Source: a virus
Lineage: Duplodnaviria > Caudoviricetes
Length of the DNA stretch: 35,702 bases
Direction: 5' to 3' (one strand)
Virus record (IMG/VR): IMGVR_UViG_3300037602_000023
Location: 1-35,702 of that record
Part shown: piece after piece, positions 16,351 to 26,429 of the stretch
How the letters are laid out: the number at the start of each line of letters is the position of its first letter
Numbering within the stretch: position 1 is the stretch's first letter
Position numbers and translations under genes: made by a program
Notes under the pieces: model-generated
What the model was told of the DNA's origin: nothing
Databases searched by the model: none
What the model saw: only the letters and a program-made list of their open reading frames with translations

Positions 16351-16370
16351 TAGAGGTATTATTATACCAT
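16334..16370 (+). promoter_or_regulatory. late promoter 2 (capsid)
   Basis: TTGATA-N17-TATTAT with the same 20-bp box. Confidence 0.75.
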
Positions 16371-16375
16371 AATTC

Positions 16376-16488
16376 TTACGAATAAGGGCTCACTAAGGCT
16401 TTTCTATGTCTTACCCCCTTGTAGTAAAAGGTCTGGCAAGCCTTTAATTGCAAGTATCGGCCCCTTCACTTTGGAAGGCATTACCCGA
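16376..16488 (+). promoter_or_regulatory. structured 5' leader of the capsid gene
   Basis: Three hairpins; two share a GGCYC...UUACCC internal-loop motif, the middle one has a GGCA tetraloop. Confidence 0.5.
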
Positions 16489-16532
16489 AACGATTTGGTT
16501 TTTAATGTAACTTAAATAGTGGAGGACAATTA

Positions 16533-17390
16533 ATGTCTATTGAACTATCAGACGTTCTCGTAAAAAAGTTTGAGAACGAAGCTATTCAGGCCTTCCAAGA
16601 TGGTGGAACTGAATTGCGTAACTATGTTCGTCTACGTGATGCCAAGGGTGCCCAGAAAGTCCAATTCAATGTAATTGGTAAGGGTCTTGCATCTGAGCGA
16701 ACAGCTATCCAAACGCCAATTCCAGTGATGGATGTGGCACACACACCAAAGACTGCTACTGTGAAAAACTATGTGGCATCTGAACTAACTGACATCTTCT
16801 TAAACAACCAAGTTGGTTTTGATGAGCGTCAGGAACTTGCACAGACTATTGGTATGTCTCTAAACCGCCGCCTCGATCAGGTCATCGTTGATGAGCTTAA
16901 TCGTGCACTGGCTGCATCAGAGATTACTAAGACTGTTGCAAACAACGTTTCTGGCTCTGCTGACAACTTGAATGTTGCGATGTTGAATGACGCTGCTCGT
17001 CAGCTAGGTTCTGATGTTCCAGAAATGGACCGTGCACTGGTTTGTCATGACTCTGGTTTCTACCACCTTCTTCTTGAAGACAACGTGAAGGACTACGACA
17101 TCAACGCTCGCAAACCGCTAGTTGATGGTCAGCTTCCTAACTACCACGGTTTTGCTATCAAGAAAATGGGCGATCGTTCTGAGGGCGGCTTAACAGTCGA
17201 CGGCTCTAATGACCGCACAAACTTTGCGTGGCAGAAGCAGGCTATTGGTCTTGCAATGAATATGGAGCCAATGATCCGTATTGATTGGGAGCCTAGCTAT
17301 GGTGCGCACCGTATCACAGGCTATTTGTCTGCTGGTGCTGTGTTGATCCAGCCTGAAGGCGCGGTAGCAATTACATCACGTGAATCATAG
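16533..17390 (+). CDS. major capsid protein
   Basis: Size and position; F...AFQ..G..LR..VR, R..DQVI, GAV.I.PEG.V.I pattern of T7-like capsids; GGAGG RBS. Confidence 0.9.
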   Translation: MSIELSDVLVKKFENEAIQAFQDGGTELRNYVRLRDAKGAQKVQFNVIGKGLASERTAIQTPIPVMDVAHTPKTATVKNYVASELTDIFLNNQVGFDERQELAQTIGMSLNRRLDQVIVDELNRALAASEITKTVANNVSGSADNLNVAMLNDAARQLGSDVPEMDRALVCHDSGFYHLLLEDNVKDYDINARKPLVDGQLPNYHGFAIKKMGDRSEGGLTVDGSNDRTNFAWQKQAIGLAMNMEPMIRIDWEPSYGAHRITGYLSAGAVLIQPEGAVAITSRES

Positions 17391-17402
17391 GAGGACTAAG
17401 TA

Positions 17403-17681
17403 ATGGCTTTTGACCGTACAAACTTCGCAGTAAGCGAAAACCACAACAGCTCACTTCCACGTGTGTGTTCTTACACAACTGTGGACACGGCTGCTGCTGT
17501 TGACTCTGCTGGCTATTTCAATGATGTAGCTGACATTCTCAACGTAGGTGATGTTATTAAAGCTAATGTAGATACTGACGGAACACCAGGTTACGTTGAG
17601 TTTTACGTTTCAGCTAATGACGGCACAACAGTTGATGTTAATGACGGTGTAACAATCGTTACAACAACTGATACTGACTAA
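17403..17681 (+). CDS. probable capsid decoration/minor virion protein
   Basis: YTTVDTAAAVDSAGYFN...L.VGDVI; between capsid gene and terminator. Confidence 0.6.
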   Translation: MAFDRTNFAVSENHNSSLPRVCSYTTVDTAAAVDSAGYFNDVADILNVGDVIKANVDTDGTPGYVEFYVSANDGTTVDVNDGVTIVTTTDTD

Positions 17682-17692
17682 CCCCTGTCTGG

Positions 17693-17726
17693 CCCCTATC
17701 CTATTTTTAGGGTAGGGGTTAGCTTT
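17693..17726 (+). terminator. hairpin terminator after capsid genes (weak U-tract, probably leaky)
   Basis: CCCCTATCCTA-tttt-TAGGGTAGGGG-ttagcttt. Confidence 0.65.
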
Positions 17727-17745
17727 ACTTAATTAGAGGTATTTC

Positions 17746-18315
17746 ATGAGCGCCACCGACCTATCAATATGTAAGACTGCTTTACTGCTAGTTGGTGCTG
17801 ATGAAATAAACTCATTTGAAGATGGCTCAAGAGAAGCACGCATATGTGATGCTGTCTACACAACAACAAAAGAATCCTTGATCCAGTCTCATCCTTGGTC
17901 TTTCACTTTAGAACAAACGAGCTTGGCTCGCACAACACAAACGCCAGTTATTGGTGATTTTGAGTATATATACCAGCTTCCAGTGAATAGCCTTAAGGTT
18001 ATCCGCAAAGATGGCTTACAAAACGACTACCGTATATACCAAGATAAGCTATTTTCTTCTGACGATGTGGTGTCTATCATTCATCAAATAGACCCAGGCG
18101 AGCAAAACTTTCCGTCATATTTTACACGTGCATTAGAGTTTAAGATGGCTGAACTATTGGCCGCATCATTGGCTCAAGACGAAACGCTTACTCAAATCAT
18201 GCAAGATAAGTTTATCAGGGCTGTCCGTGAGGCTAAGTCGGCAGATTCTCAAACGCAACCTAACATATTGGTGAATAGCTCTGAGTTTAGCGTTGCTGCT
18301 GTACGGAGGTCTTAA
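17746..18315 (+). CDS. tail tubular protein A / adaptor (T7 gp11-like)
   Basis: ICKTALLLVGA..I.SF, HPWSF, YQLP...L motifs. Confidence 0.85.
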   Translation: MSATDLSICKTALLLVGADEINSFEDGSREARICDAVYTTTKESLIQSHPWSFTLEQTSLARTTQTPVIGDFEYIYQLPVNSLKVIRKDGLQNDYRIYQDKLFSSDDVVSIIHQIDPGEQNFPSYFTRALEFKMAELLAASLAQDETLTQIMQDKFIRAVREAKSADSQTQPNILVNSSEFSVAAVRRS

Positions 18316-20528
18316 TGGCCAATGTTAGGGTTTTACAAACATCTTTTGTTGCAGGTGAGTTCGACCCAACCTTAGAGGGCCGCACAGACATTGGCGATTA
18401 CCGTAATGGTGCGTCTAAGTTGCGCAATGTATACATTAGGCCGCAAGGTGGTGCTTTTAGAAGAGAAGGCTTGCAATACTTTGGGCAAACAAATGGTAAT
18501 GATGCTTCTCGTTTAATTCCGTTTCAGTTCAACGATGCACAAACATATTTACTTGTGTTAAAAGCAGGCCGTATTGATGTTTACAGAACCGATGTGCCTG
18601 ACACAATACAGGCATCACTAACATCATCTCCTATATCAAACATAACCTCAGCTATGGTCAGTGAGATTAACTGGACCCAAAGTGCTGACACACTTATTTT
18701 GGCTCACAAAGACTTAAAGCCTATTTCAGTTACAAGGTCTTCACATACATCCTGGTCTGCATCAGAGATTAGCTTTACTAATATTCCTCCCTATTCTTAT
18801 GATGGTTTATCAACAAGCAACCCAAGTGGTGCTATATTCAGCGATGTTACAACAGGCAAAGCAAAGATTGTCTCGGAAGGTACACCTTTTGATTCTTCTT
18901 ACGAAGGTCAGTTTATTAACACAGAAAAGGGTGGCCGTATTTTTGTAACAAATTATGTTTCTACTTCTGAGTTAGAGGGCACTGTCGTAATTGAGTTGGA
19001 AGACACAACAATTGTTGCAAAGACATCTAAGCTTTCAACAACAGGAACAACTGTCGGATCGTCTGAGACATTCACCACCAACACGGCTTCTTTTACTGAG
19101 GCTAGTGTGGGGCAGTTCATAGTAAATCCTGCTGGTGGAGTTGCGGTTATTACTGCCTATACATCAACAATCAACGTAACAGCAACTATTAGAGAAGAGT
19201 TTGCATCTGACTCTAACATAGAAGGTTGGTATTTGGACAGTGGCTATAACAATTGGGAGTTTGAGGAAGGTTATGAAGATGTCATGAGTTCAACTCGTGG
19301 CTGGCCTCGCTCGGTCACGTTCCACAAATCAAGGTTGGTCTTTGGAGGCTTGAGAGATAGACCTCAGACTTTGTTGTTTTCTAAGATAGGTGACTTCTTT
19401 AACTTTGACATTGGAGAGGGTTTGGATGATGAAGCCATTGATGTTACCATTGATGATGACCAAGTAAATATCATTAAGAATATATTTTCTGGCCGTGCTT
19501 TAAACATTTTTACAAGTGGTGGTGAGTTTAGTATTAGATCTTCGGTTGACAGTACCTTAACGCCAGCCAATATCTCAAGCCAAATAGCCAAAGAGACACG
19601 CCACGGCTCATCTAAAACACGCCCTGCTTCTGTTGATGGAGCTGTTGTGTTTGTAGAGCGTGACGATCCAACTGACGATGCATCAGGAAATGTTTTGCGC
19701 CAGTTCTTGTATAATGATACAGAGCAATCTTTTGTTGCTCCGAACATATCTGTGTTTAGTCAGCACTTGTTTTCTAACCCAGTATCTATGGATATACGCA
19801 GGGCAACGTCCTCTCAGCCATCTAACTACTTATATGTTGTCAACGACAATGGAACCTGCGCAGTTTTAAACTCTCTGAGAGAGCAAAACTTACTTGCCTG
19901 GAGTTTGTTTGAGACAGAGGGAGACTTTGAAGATGTAGCGGTAAGTGGTAACAAAGCGTTCTTCATTGTAAAAAGAACAATAAATTCGTCAACTGTTAGA
20001 TATATAGAAGTATTAAACGAAGAACATTTTATGGACTCAAGTATTCGCACGGACAACGGCAGTGCTACCACATCTTGGTCTGGACTAGATCACTTAGATG
20101 GCGAGACTGTAAAAGTGAGAGGTGATGACTTTATCTTAGATGATGCAGATGTATCGTCTGGTTCTATCACTTCATCAGAAAGCGTTACAATCTTAGAAGC
20201 AGGTCTAAACTTTAGTTCTAAAGTAACCAGCCTGCCGATAGATGTGGTTATTCAGGGTGAGTCTTTTGCAGGTCAGTACAAGACGCCTGTATTTGCAAAT
20301 GTTAGACTTTACGACTCTCGTAACTTTACAGTGAATTACAAGTCAGAAAGCTCATCTCCCGCCTTCCGACGCTTTGACCTAGATACTTTAGACTCGCCAA
20401 TCTCAACATTCACAGGGTGGAAAAAAGTTTACATTGGAGGGTATAATAGGGATGTCAGAGTTGAGGTTACTCAAGAAGAACCTTTAGAGTTTAACATCTT
20501 GGCAGTTCAATTTGGAGTAAAAGTATAA
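18315..20528 (+). CDS. tail tubular protein B / nozzle (T7 gp12-like)
   Basis: QTSFVAGE..P, PQGG..RR.G, TQSAD, GWPRSVTFH.SRL.FGG, GLDHLDGETV motifs. Confidence 0.9.
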   Translation: MANVRVLQTSFVAGEFDPTLEGRTDIGDYRNGASKLRNVYIRPQGGAFRREGLQYFGQTNGNDASRLIPFQFNDAQTYLLVLKAGRIDVYRTDVPDTIQASLTSSPISNITSAMVSEINWTQSADTLILAHKDLKPISVTRSSHTSWSASEISFTNIPPYSYDGLSTSNPSGAIFSDVTTGKAKIVSEGTPFDSSYEGQFINTEKGGRIFVTNYVSTSELEGTVVIELEDTTIVAKTSKLSTTGTTVGSSETFTTNTASFTEASVGQFIVNPAGGVAVITAYTSTINVTATIREEFASDSNIEGWYLDSGYNNWEFEEGYEDVMSSTRGWPRSVTFHKSRLVFGGLRDRPQTLLFSKIGDFFNFDIGEGLDDEAIDVTIDDDQVNIIKNIFSGRALNIFTSGGEFSIRSSVDSTLTPANISSQIAKETRHGSSKTRPASVDGAVVFVERDDPTDDASGNVLRQFLYNDTEQSFVAPNISVFSQHLFSNPVSMDIRRATSSQPSNYLYVVNDNGTCAVLNSLREQNLLAWSLFETEGDFEDVAVSGNKAFFIVKRTINSSTVRYIEVLNEEHFMDSSIRTDNGSATTSWSGLDHLDGETVKVRGDDFILDDADVSSGSITSSESVTILEAGLNFSSKVTSLPIDVVIQGESFAGQYKTPVFANVRLYDSRNFTVNYKSESSSPAFRRFDLDTLDSPISTFTGWKKVYIGGYNRDVRVEVTQEEPLEFNILAVQFGVKV

Positions 20529-21157
20529 TGGGTAGTGATGCAGGAACCTTGTTAATGATTGGCGGGACGGTAGCAGGAATAGCAGCCACAGGCGGAGTCG
20601 GAGCGGCTTTCTTGCCATTTGCCCTAGCAGGCCCAACACAAGGCATTGCAGGTGCCGTTACAGGCCAGATGCTACTAGCAGGTGCAGCTGGTGTTGCTAC
20701 TGCTGGTGCGGGATATGCGCAATACAAAGCGACATCAGCCGCAGCTAAGTCTGAAATGTTAGCTTCAGCGGCCAGAGCGAGAGAGCTTGAGTTGAACGCT
20801 GACAAGGAAAAGGCTCAGGCGGCCATTGACGAACAGGCAAGACAGCGCAAGGCTCGGCGTCAGGAGGCAGCTCAACGTGCTGCATTTGCTGGTGTGGTTG
20901 ACCCGACAACAGGCTCGGCCTTGCGTATCCAAGAAGCTACTGCATCAGAGATTAACCGTCAGTCTAGGTTGGCTTCTCTTACGTCTGACCTGACAGTATC
21001 TTCCATTAATAGACAAGCTAAGGAAGAGTTGCTTGCAGGATACAACACAGGAACGGCCTTAAAATCGAAAGCGAGAACAAGCTTAATTGAGACGGGAGTT
21101 TCAGCTGGACAGCAGTTTGTTACAGGTTCAGGTTTGTTAAAAGGAAGTGAAACATAA
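20528..21157 (+). CDS. internal virion (ejection) protein, gp14-like
   Basis: Gly/Ala-rich hydrophobic N-terminus and coiled coil; synteny. Confidence 0.65.
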   Translation: MGSDAGTLLMIGGTVAGIAATGGVGAAFLPFALAGPTQGIAGAVTGQMLLAGAAGVATAGAGYAQYKATSAAAKSEMLASAARARELELNADKEKAQAAIDEQARQRKARRQEAAQRAAFAGVVDPTTGSALRIQEATASEINRQSRLASLTSDLTVSSINRQAKEELLAGYNTGTALKSKARTSLIETGVSAGQQFVTGSGLLKGSET

Positions 21158-23304
21158 TGGTAGATACACCATCCATAGACCCACAGCAGTTTTCAAAGTC
21201 AGGCAATGCCGCATCAGTTCCAACATTGTCTGGGCAAGGTAACATACCTTCTTTGAGAGGTATTCGTTCTGTTACGCCGAGTGGTTTAGCAGCACAAGCC
21301 GATGCATATGCGTCTATGGCTGATGATGCTTCGCGCTTGCAGAATATGGCTAAGGATCAGTTCAATAGAGGTGTTGCAGAAATACAACACAGGCAAGCTC
21401 TTGAGGCAGAGAAAGCCTTTAGTACGGCTTTAATTAGTTCTGATGAGGCTGTTACTGTTACACGAAACACAAGTCCTTCTGATAAGATTGTCCAAAACTC
21501 GTTAGAGACTTTCGATAAGGTTATGGAAGATAGCCTTGGCGGTGTAGAGTTGAGCAGGTATCAAAGAGATTACATTAACAGTAAACTTCCATTTGCACGA
21601 TCGGCTGTTGGCAGACAGTCTGTTGCTTATCAATCGTCTATCAAAGCAGCGGATGCAAGAGATGATGCTTCTGATATTCTTAACCAAAAGCTGTTCTTGG
21701 CTTCCAAAAACCCAGGCTTGTTACCAGAGCTATTGGCTGAGGCCGACAACTTAGCTGAACTTCAAAATCCTAATCTAAGTTCTAATGAACGTAGAGACAT
21801 ATCCGACGTATACAAAGCACAGTTGGCGACAGTTTCATTGCTTTCCAAAGCAAAGGGTTCATCACAGAATGTAGACGATGTGATGGCTGAGATTGACAAT
21901 GGTATGTACGAAGATGTGCTGTCTTTTGAGCAAACTCAAAACATCAAGTCTGACTTGTCTCGCATGAAAGATAGCTTTGCCAAACAAGAAGAGGCAGAGC
22001 TAAAGCAAATGCGAGATATAGAAGATGCAAAGCTAGGCGTGTCTATTGCCACGTCTCCACTGCAAGATTTGCCAACACAAGTTGAATTGGATTCGCGGTT
22101 AGAAAGCGGCCAGCTATCACCTTCACAGTGGGCCAAACACTCTAAGGCTTTGGACAAACGATTTAAGGATGCCAATAAAGAAAACGAAGGTATCTTAGCA
22201 ATATCTGAAAAACTCCAAAGTGGTCAAGGGATTAACCCGCGTGACAGCGGCGAAAAGAAAAGCTTAGATCAACTATACAAAAGAATGTCAGACACATTTG
22301 CTGATGCTTCTCCTCAAGCCATCATAGCTGCAAAAGCTGAGCTAGTTACTCAAGCGAGGTATATACCTGACACAATGGTTGGCGAATTGATCAACGCAGG
22401 TCGGTCTGGTAATGCATCAGAGGTTCTACAAGCGGCTGAACTCATAGATGAGCTTAGTGAGAAAGCCCCTTACGCGACACAGGCTCAACTTTTGTCGGAC
22501 CCTTCTATAGGTCGTATTTATGCTATCAGGGATCAGCTTAACGCTGGCTTTAACATTGATAGGGCTATTCAAACAGTTGATGCTCGTGAAGCTAATGTAG
22601 CCACGACTGATATTGTAAATAAGCGGTTCAAAGAAAAGACAAAATCTTTGAATATGGAGAAGGAAGTTTCGTCTATCTTTGAGACTGGTACTTTTGGCTT
22701 TGATATACTTAACCTATCAAAGGCTCAGGCCATTGTTGGTTTCCAAGGCGAAGAGTTCAACCAAGCTGTCAGAGCTTACGAGATTGCACTAAGAACACAT
22801 TACAGTAACACTAACGACATTGGTGTAGCTAAAGAATTGGCTAAGAAACAGATCAAGTCACAGTTTTCCCAAACATCAGTAAATGGCCCAACAGTGACTA
22901 TGAGATATGCACCGGAGTTAGTTTATGGTGGTGGAGAGCGTGGAACTGACTGGCTTCGCGAACAGTTGATTAGTTCTTCTATGGAAAGAGCAAAGCAGGT
23001 TATTCCAGACTTCGATAGTTTAGATAAAGAGAAACTAAAAGATCGCATAAAACTTGTTCCACATCCGTTTATAACGCCAGAGACTTTTAACCAAGGAACG
23101 CCTGAGTATGATGTGATTATCGTTGATGAAAACGATGCACCAAAATACAGACTTACCGATGATAGAAACATGTTTTCTTTTGATGAAAGCAAAGTTATGG
23201 AATCTATTGTCAAAGGCCAAAAAGCAAGAGTTGGACGAGGTTTTGAAAACTTAACCGAGTTTGAGCAGACGCCAGAAAACATAACAGCACCACCGAGGTT
23301 ATAA
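21157..23304 (+). CDS. internal virion (ejection) protein, gp15-like
   Basis: 715-aa helical protein; synteny. Confidence 0.6.
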   Translation: MVDTPSIDPQQFSKSGNAASVPTLSGQGNIPSLRGIRSVTPSGLAAQADAYASMADDASRLQNMAKDQFNRGVAEIQHRQALEAEKAFSTALISSDEAVTVTRNTSPSDKIVQNSLETFDKVMEDSLGGVELSRYQRDYINSKLPFARSAVGRQSVAYQSSIKAADARDDASDILNQKLFLASKNPGLLPELLAEADNLAELQNPNLSSNERRDISDVYKAQLATVSLLSKAKGSSQNVDDVMAEIDNGMYEDVLSFEQTQNIKSDLSRMKDSFAKQEEAELKQMRDIEDAKLGVSIATSPLQDLPTQVELDSRLESGQLSPSQWAKHSKALDKRFKDANKENEGILAISEKLQSGQGINPRDSGEKKSLDQLYKRMSDTFADASPQAIIAAKAELVTQARYIPDTMVGELINAGRSGNASEVLQAAELIDELSEKAPYATQAQLLSDPSIGRIYAIRDQLNAGFNIDRAIQTVDAREANVATTDIVNKRFKEKTKSLNMEKEVSSIFETGTFGFDILNLSKAQAIVGFQGEEFNQAVRAYEIALRTHYSNTNDIGVAKELAKKQIKSQFSQTSVNGPTVTMRYAPELVYGGGERGTDWLREQLISSSMERAKQVIPDFDSLDKEKLKDRIKLVPHPFITPETFNQGTPEYDVIIVDENDAPKYRLTDDRNMFSFDESKVMESIVKGQKARVGRGFENLTEFEQTPENITAPPRL

Positions 23305-26300
23305 TGCCATTCAAACCAACACAAAGTATGACTGCTGCCTCTTCCTTTACACCTGTGGTAATGGAGGAAGACTTTGTTGCTGATGATACGCTTAAGACAA
23401 ACCGTGACACTTTAGATGTCGTTGGTGGGTTTTTGCAAAACGAAAGTGTCTTGTTAAACGGTGCTGAAGTTTTTGCAGATAGGTATATCAAGCCAGAAGA
23501 TGCTGACCCAAACTTTGATATATTTGACACAATGGTTGGCACTGAGTATGAAGATTACTTAACTGACGCAATCACACGCGGAATAAACACAGAAGATGAT
23601 TGGCTTAAGTACAGACAAAAGATTGTTCGCAGGCAAACCAACGACCAAACTTTCGCCGATGCAACACTTACGCAAAAAGCCTTAGCCATTGGTGCATACG
23701 CTGTGTCAGACCCATCCGCTATTCTTCCTGCGTTTAATGCTCTCCGTGTACTCAAGTCAGGCTCAACTGCGTTAAAGGCAGGCGTCACCACTGCCGCAGT
23801 AGGTGCAACTGCTGAAGGCGCTAGAGAGATGGTTATTCACTCCAACGATCCAACAAGAACAGCCACAGAGAGTATGTATAACATTGCCTTAAACTCTGCT
23901 ATCTCAGGATTACTGGGAGCAGCAGCGGCGGCTGTTTCTAATACAGAGCTTAAGAAAGCAACACAAGCATTAGACGCTGATATTAAGTCTACCCTTGATG
24001 TTGGAACAGGAGGCTCTGTTGGTGCTGCAACAGCTAGTGCAACTTTTGAAGACTTAGAGGTGGCAGGAATAACGGCGTTTAAGGAAGCCTCAAAGCGCTT
24101 ACCTAGTTTCTCGAATGGCCCTGTGTGGAACTCTGCTATCTCTCCAAATGTAGAAACCCGCCGTGCAATGGCAGAATTGGCCAATATTAGTGTGGCTCGC
24201 GTACAAAATTTAAAGGGTGAAGCAGATCAGAGTGTAGAGCTTCGCATACAAGATGCAAAAGACACGGCAGAAAGAAAAGTTACCTTAGCCTTAAATGATA
24301 GTTATAAAGCATATAAGAAGCGTTTAAAAGGCACGGGTGAAAAACCATTGTCTATTGATGACTTTGATGCCCAGGTTGACAGAGCCGCTCGCAGTGGCGA
24401 TGGTCCAATTAAAGAAGCTAATGATGCTGCAAAAGTTTTTGTAGAGCAGTTTAACGATTACCTAGAACAGCTAAAAGAAGTTGGCATTTTTGATGGTGAG
24501 ATTGACTTCACGCGCAGAACAGCAAAGAATTATGTACCTAGAAGATGGATGAGCGAAACCATTCGCAAAAACGAAACTGAGTTTAGGTCTTGGCTAAAGC
24601 CCAGATTACAGTCTAGAGGTGAACAGGCTATTCAAGAGATAGAAGAGTTAAAGCGCTTAGGTGAGGAAGCTTCTGGTAGACTCTTGCGTTTTGCAGAGAT
24701 AGCCCAAGACCCAGCAGAACTAGACCAAGCTGTGTCTGATTTAATTGGCAAGATGTTAAACAGAACAAACACGAGACTACCGTTGGACATAGACTTAAGC
24801 GCAGGTTCGGCCAAAAATCTTAAGTCACTAACATTAGACTTTATTAGTGACCAAGAAGCCGATCAGTGGATAAGCCATAACATTCGCGAAACTTTTGGGC
24901 GATATATGCATACAGTTGTTCCAGACATTGAACTAACGCGCCGCTTTGGTACAGCAGACTTACAAGGGTCTAAGCTGTTGAATAAGATAGACGAAGCCAA
25001 TGAAGCCTCGCGCACCAAGTTAATAAAAGAAATAGACAAGCTGAATAAAGATGGTTCCAAGGAAGCTTTAGCGGAAGCGAAGAAGAAGCAAAAAGAACTA
25101 AAGGATATTGACCGTTGGGCTAAGGCTGACAAGAAAAACATTGAAGGTGTATGGGATAGACTGAGAGGTACATACAAAGCTTATGATGATGTTGCTGGGC
25201 CTGTGGCTCAGTTAGAGCGTTTTGGACTAGGATATAACTTTGCTCGCTTGTTGGGCGGTGTTACCATATCGTCTATGCCAGATATAGCTAGGCCAGTCAC
25301 AGTACACGGGTTAAATCGTGTTTTTGGCGACTTAGTTGGCGGGTTCTTAACAAACCAGAAAGCCCTTAAACTATCACTGGAAGATCAAAAAGAACTTAAT
25401 GCTGCCGTAGACTTGGTTAATTCAAGAACAATCTTAAGCCGTATGGGGCTAGACCCTGACTTTAATACAGCAGGTACAGCATTAGATAAAGCCACGGATA
25501 AGATGACACAGGCTGGTGCTTTACTTTCGGGCATTAACCACTGGAACGCCGCTTTAAAAACATTAACAGGCGTCGTTTCACAAAACAGAATGATTAAATC
25601 TATGGAAGACTTAGAAGCTGGTAAAAAGATTGGCCAAAATGAAGAGTTATTCTTAAGAAAAGCTGGCATAGATAAGCAGATGCAAAAAAGAATATTGGCA
25701 CAGTTTAAGAAATACGGCGAGACTTTCAAAGGAACACGAGTGGCAAATGTAAAGTTGTGGGATGATGCGGAAGCGTTAGCAACTTATAGAAGGGCTCACA
25801 CAAAGGTCAGAGATGAGATTATTGTAAACCCTGGGCAGGAAGTGCCTCTTTTCTTTGACCGAGGCATGTGGAAAAGCATTATGCAATTTAAGCGCTTTGG
25901 TGTTGCTTCTGCTCAACGAGTAACATTGTCTGGCATACAACAAGGTGATGCTAATTATGTTTTAGGTACATTGTTACAAGTTATGCTTGGTGCTTGGGTT
26001 AATATAACAAAAATACAAATGTCTGGAAAAGAACCTTCGGATGATCCTCTGACATTGATAATACAGGGTTTTGACCGAGCAGGTGTGGTAGGGCAATTCT
26101 TTGACTACAACAATATCTTAGAAAAGATTAGTGGTGGTACATTAGGCGTGGCGCCAATGTTAGGCACAGAGCCATCATCAAGGTTAATGAACCAGAACGC
26201 TATGGGCGCTTTGCTTGGCCCTAACTTTGGTTTGGCCTCCTCTTTGTTGGGGCTTACTAGTAATGCTGCATCAGGAAACTTAACAGAGTCAGATGCACGT

Positions 26301-26396
26301 ACGATGAGATACATGATGCCATACAACAAAGTGCCTTATTTACAAGGTATCTTTGACCAAATTGAGGGGTCTATGGCTAGTGCAATAACTGAGTAA
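23304..26396 (+). CDS. large internal virion (ejection) protein, gp16-like
   Basis: 1030 aa; NYVPRRW, LGGVTISSMPDIAR, QFK motifs and hydrophobic C-terminus; synteny. Confidence 0.7.
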   Translation: MPFKPTQSMTAASSFTPVVMEEDFVADDTLKTNRDTLDVVGGFLQNESVLLNGAEVFADRYIKPEDADPNFDIFDTMVGTEYEDYLTDAITRGINTEDDWLKYRQKIVRRQTNDQTFADATLTQKALAIGAYAVSDPSAILPAFNALRVLKSGSTALKAGVTTAAVGATAEGAREMVIHSNDPTRTATESMYNIALNSAISGLLGAAAAAVSNTELKKATQALDADIKSTLDVGTGGSVGAATASATFEDLEVAGITAFKEASKRLPSFSNGPVWNSAISPNVETRRAMAELANISVARVQNLKGEADQSVELRIQDAKDTAERKVTLALNDSYKAYKKRLKGTGEKPLSIDDFDAQVDRAARSGDGPIKEANDAAKVFVEQFNDYLEQLKEVGIFDGEIDFTRRTAKNYVPRRWMSETIRKNETEFRSWLKPRLQSRGEQAIQEIEELKRLGEEASGRLLRFAEIAQDPAELDQAVSDLIGKMLNRTNTRLPLDIDLSAGSAKNLKSLTLDFISDQEADQWISHNIRETFGRYMHTVVPDIELTRRFGTADLQGSKLLNKIDEANEASRTKLIKEIDKLNKDGSKEALAEAKKKQKELKDIDRWAKADKKNIEGVWDRLRGTYKAYDDVAGPVAQLERFGLGYNFARLLGGVTISSMPDIARPVTVHGLNRVFGDLVGGFLTNQKALKLSLEDQKELNAAVDLVNSRTILSRMGLDPDFNTAGTALDKATDKMTQAGALLSGINHWNAALKTLTGVVSQNRMIKSMEDLEAGKKIGQNEELFLRKAGIDKQMQKRILAQFKKYGETFKGTRVANVKLWDDAEALATYRRAHTKVRDEIIVNPGQEVPLFFDRGMWKSIMQFKRFGVASAQRVTLSGIQQGDANYVLGTLLQVMLGAWVNITKIQMSGKEPSDDPLTLIIQGFDRAGVVGQFFDYNNILEKISGGTLGVAPMLGTEPSSRLMNQNAMGALLGPNFGLASSLLGLTSNAASGNLTESDARTMRYMMPYNKVPYLQGIFDQIEGSMASAITE

Positions 26397-26429
26397 TTAT
26401 GCTAAACTAAGGACAAAAAGGAACAACAA

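Noticed and set aside
17388-17405. Capsid read-through into the in-frame downstream gene
   Set aside because: Two in-frame stops (TAG then TAA) and a strong independent GGAGG RBS
19142-19151. 10-nt complement of the tRNA-like RNA linker inside the nozzle gene
   Set aside because: Mid-gene and expected by chance given several queries
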